From the human T2T-CHM13v2.0 reference genome, Homo sapiens: a stretch of DNA of 64,000 nucleotides. Shown here piece after piece: positions 63,310 through 64,000 of the stretch (positions are counted from its first letter, which is position 1; each line of letters starts with the position of its first letter). Below the pieces are notes generated by a model. It saw only the letters and a program-made list of their open reading frames with translations. It did not search any database and was not told the DNA's origin. Both the position numbers and the translations under genes were made by a program. The stretch lies in the NCBI RefSeq assembly GCF_009914755.1, contig NC_060926.1; one strand, given 5' to 3'.

Positions 63310-64000
63310 TGATTGTGAGCTTTGGAGCATGACATAGACTATAATCAAATACATAGCACACACAATTTTTAAGTAAATTTTATAGGTAAAAAAGCTATTA
63401 GCATGCCCTTAAAAGGACTGAGAGTATTCGAATATGCAAAAAGACCTCTGGATCCCTAATTTGCCATTGGCAGAAAGCAGGTTAAGAAAGTTAGTCAGCT
63501 GCCAACATGAGCTACTTAAGATGTATCCAAAGGACGATGGAGAAGAAAAGGTGTCTCATAATATATTGCTCAGAATCTAGAGCCAAAACTCACAGGACAC
63601 AATGGAATACAGAGCCACTCCCAGAGACCTAAGCTGGGCCCCAATCAAGGAATATTCCCTTTCCCAGGAATAGAGGGATCTGATAACATGTGTCTAGAAG
63701 AATTTCAAAACTGCTCGGAACCAAGGACTGAAGTGTGCTAACTTTTCTCTTTTTGAATGGAAGTATTTATGTGATTTTCCACTCCTTATTTCACCACTAA
63801 ATATTGAGTGTATGAGGGACAGGTAACCTTTTTCACTTTATAGATTTGCATATCAGGACGTGCTGCCACATTGGTACCTGATACAGAACATGAAATTCTG
63901 AAGTATGAAACCATGACTGGACGAGAATTAGGGTGTCTTGCGGTAGAAGTGAATGTATTTGTATGTGAGTGTATGGGAAAAGACATTTATTTTCTCATCA
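63310..64000 (+). mobile_element. Old MaLR internal-like (MLT-int) remnant
   Basis: Resemblance to MLT1-int 3' text (gggtgtcttg.ggtagaagtgaatgtatttgtatgtgag); family uncertain. Confidence 0.4.

Overview
Primate (human-like) genomic DNA, about 40% GC and rich in Alu, L1 and LTR elements. The only real gene is the 5' part of FTCDNL1 (formiminotransferase N-terminal-like, human 2q33.1) on the minus strand. It has a CpG-island promoter with an inferred non-coding exon 1 (about 12.36-12.83 kb) and coding exons at 10469-10590, 7696-7791 and 6001-6153; further exons lie outside the window. The main finding is the 153-nt exon 6001-6153. It encodes the formiminotransferase catalytic-His motif (IHPCLGAVDLIP, compare FTCD HPRMGALDVCP) and has intact splice sites, but carries an in-frame TAG. 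Inclusion therefore truncates the protein at 114 aa, while in-frame skipping deletes the active-site motif. Other elements: a COX6C processed pseudogene retaining non-anthropoid-type residues (33.7-34.1 kb), a 7SL RNA pseudogene (62.7-63.0 kb), a near full-length HAL1-like element with a young 116-bp inverted duplication next to a perfect hairpin, a strong CTCF motif beside the promoter, an ERV LTR cluster (35-41.5 kb), a 5'-truncated dead L1PA7/8-like element (49.4-54.3 kb), and a poly(A)-only retro-insertion. Repeat subfamily names were assigned by eye from remembered consensus features and need RepeatMasker/Dfam confirmation. Repeat boundaries are approximate unless target-site duplications (TSDs) are quoted.
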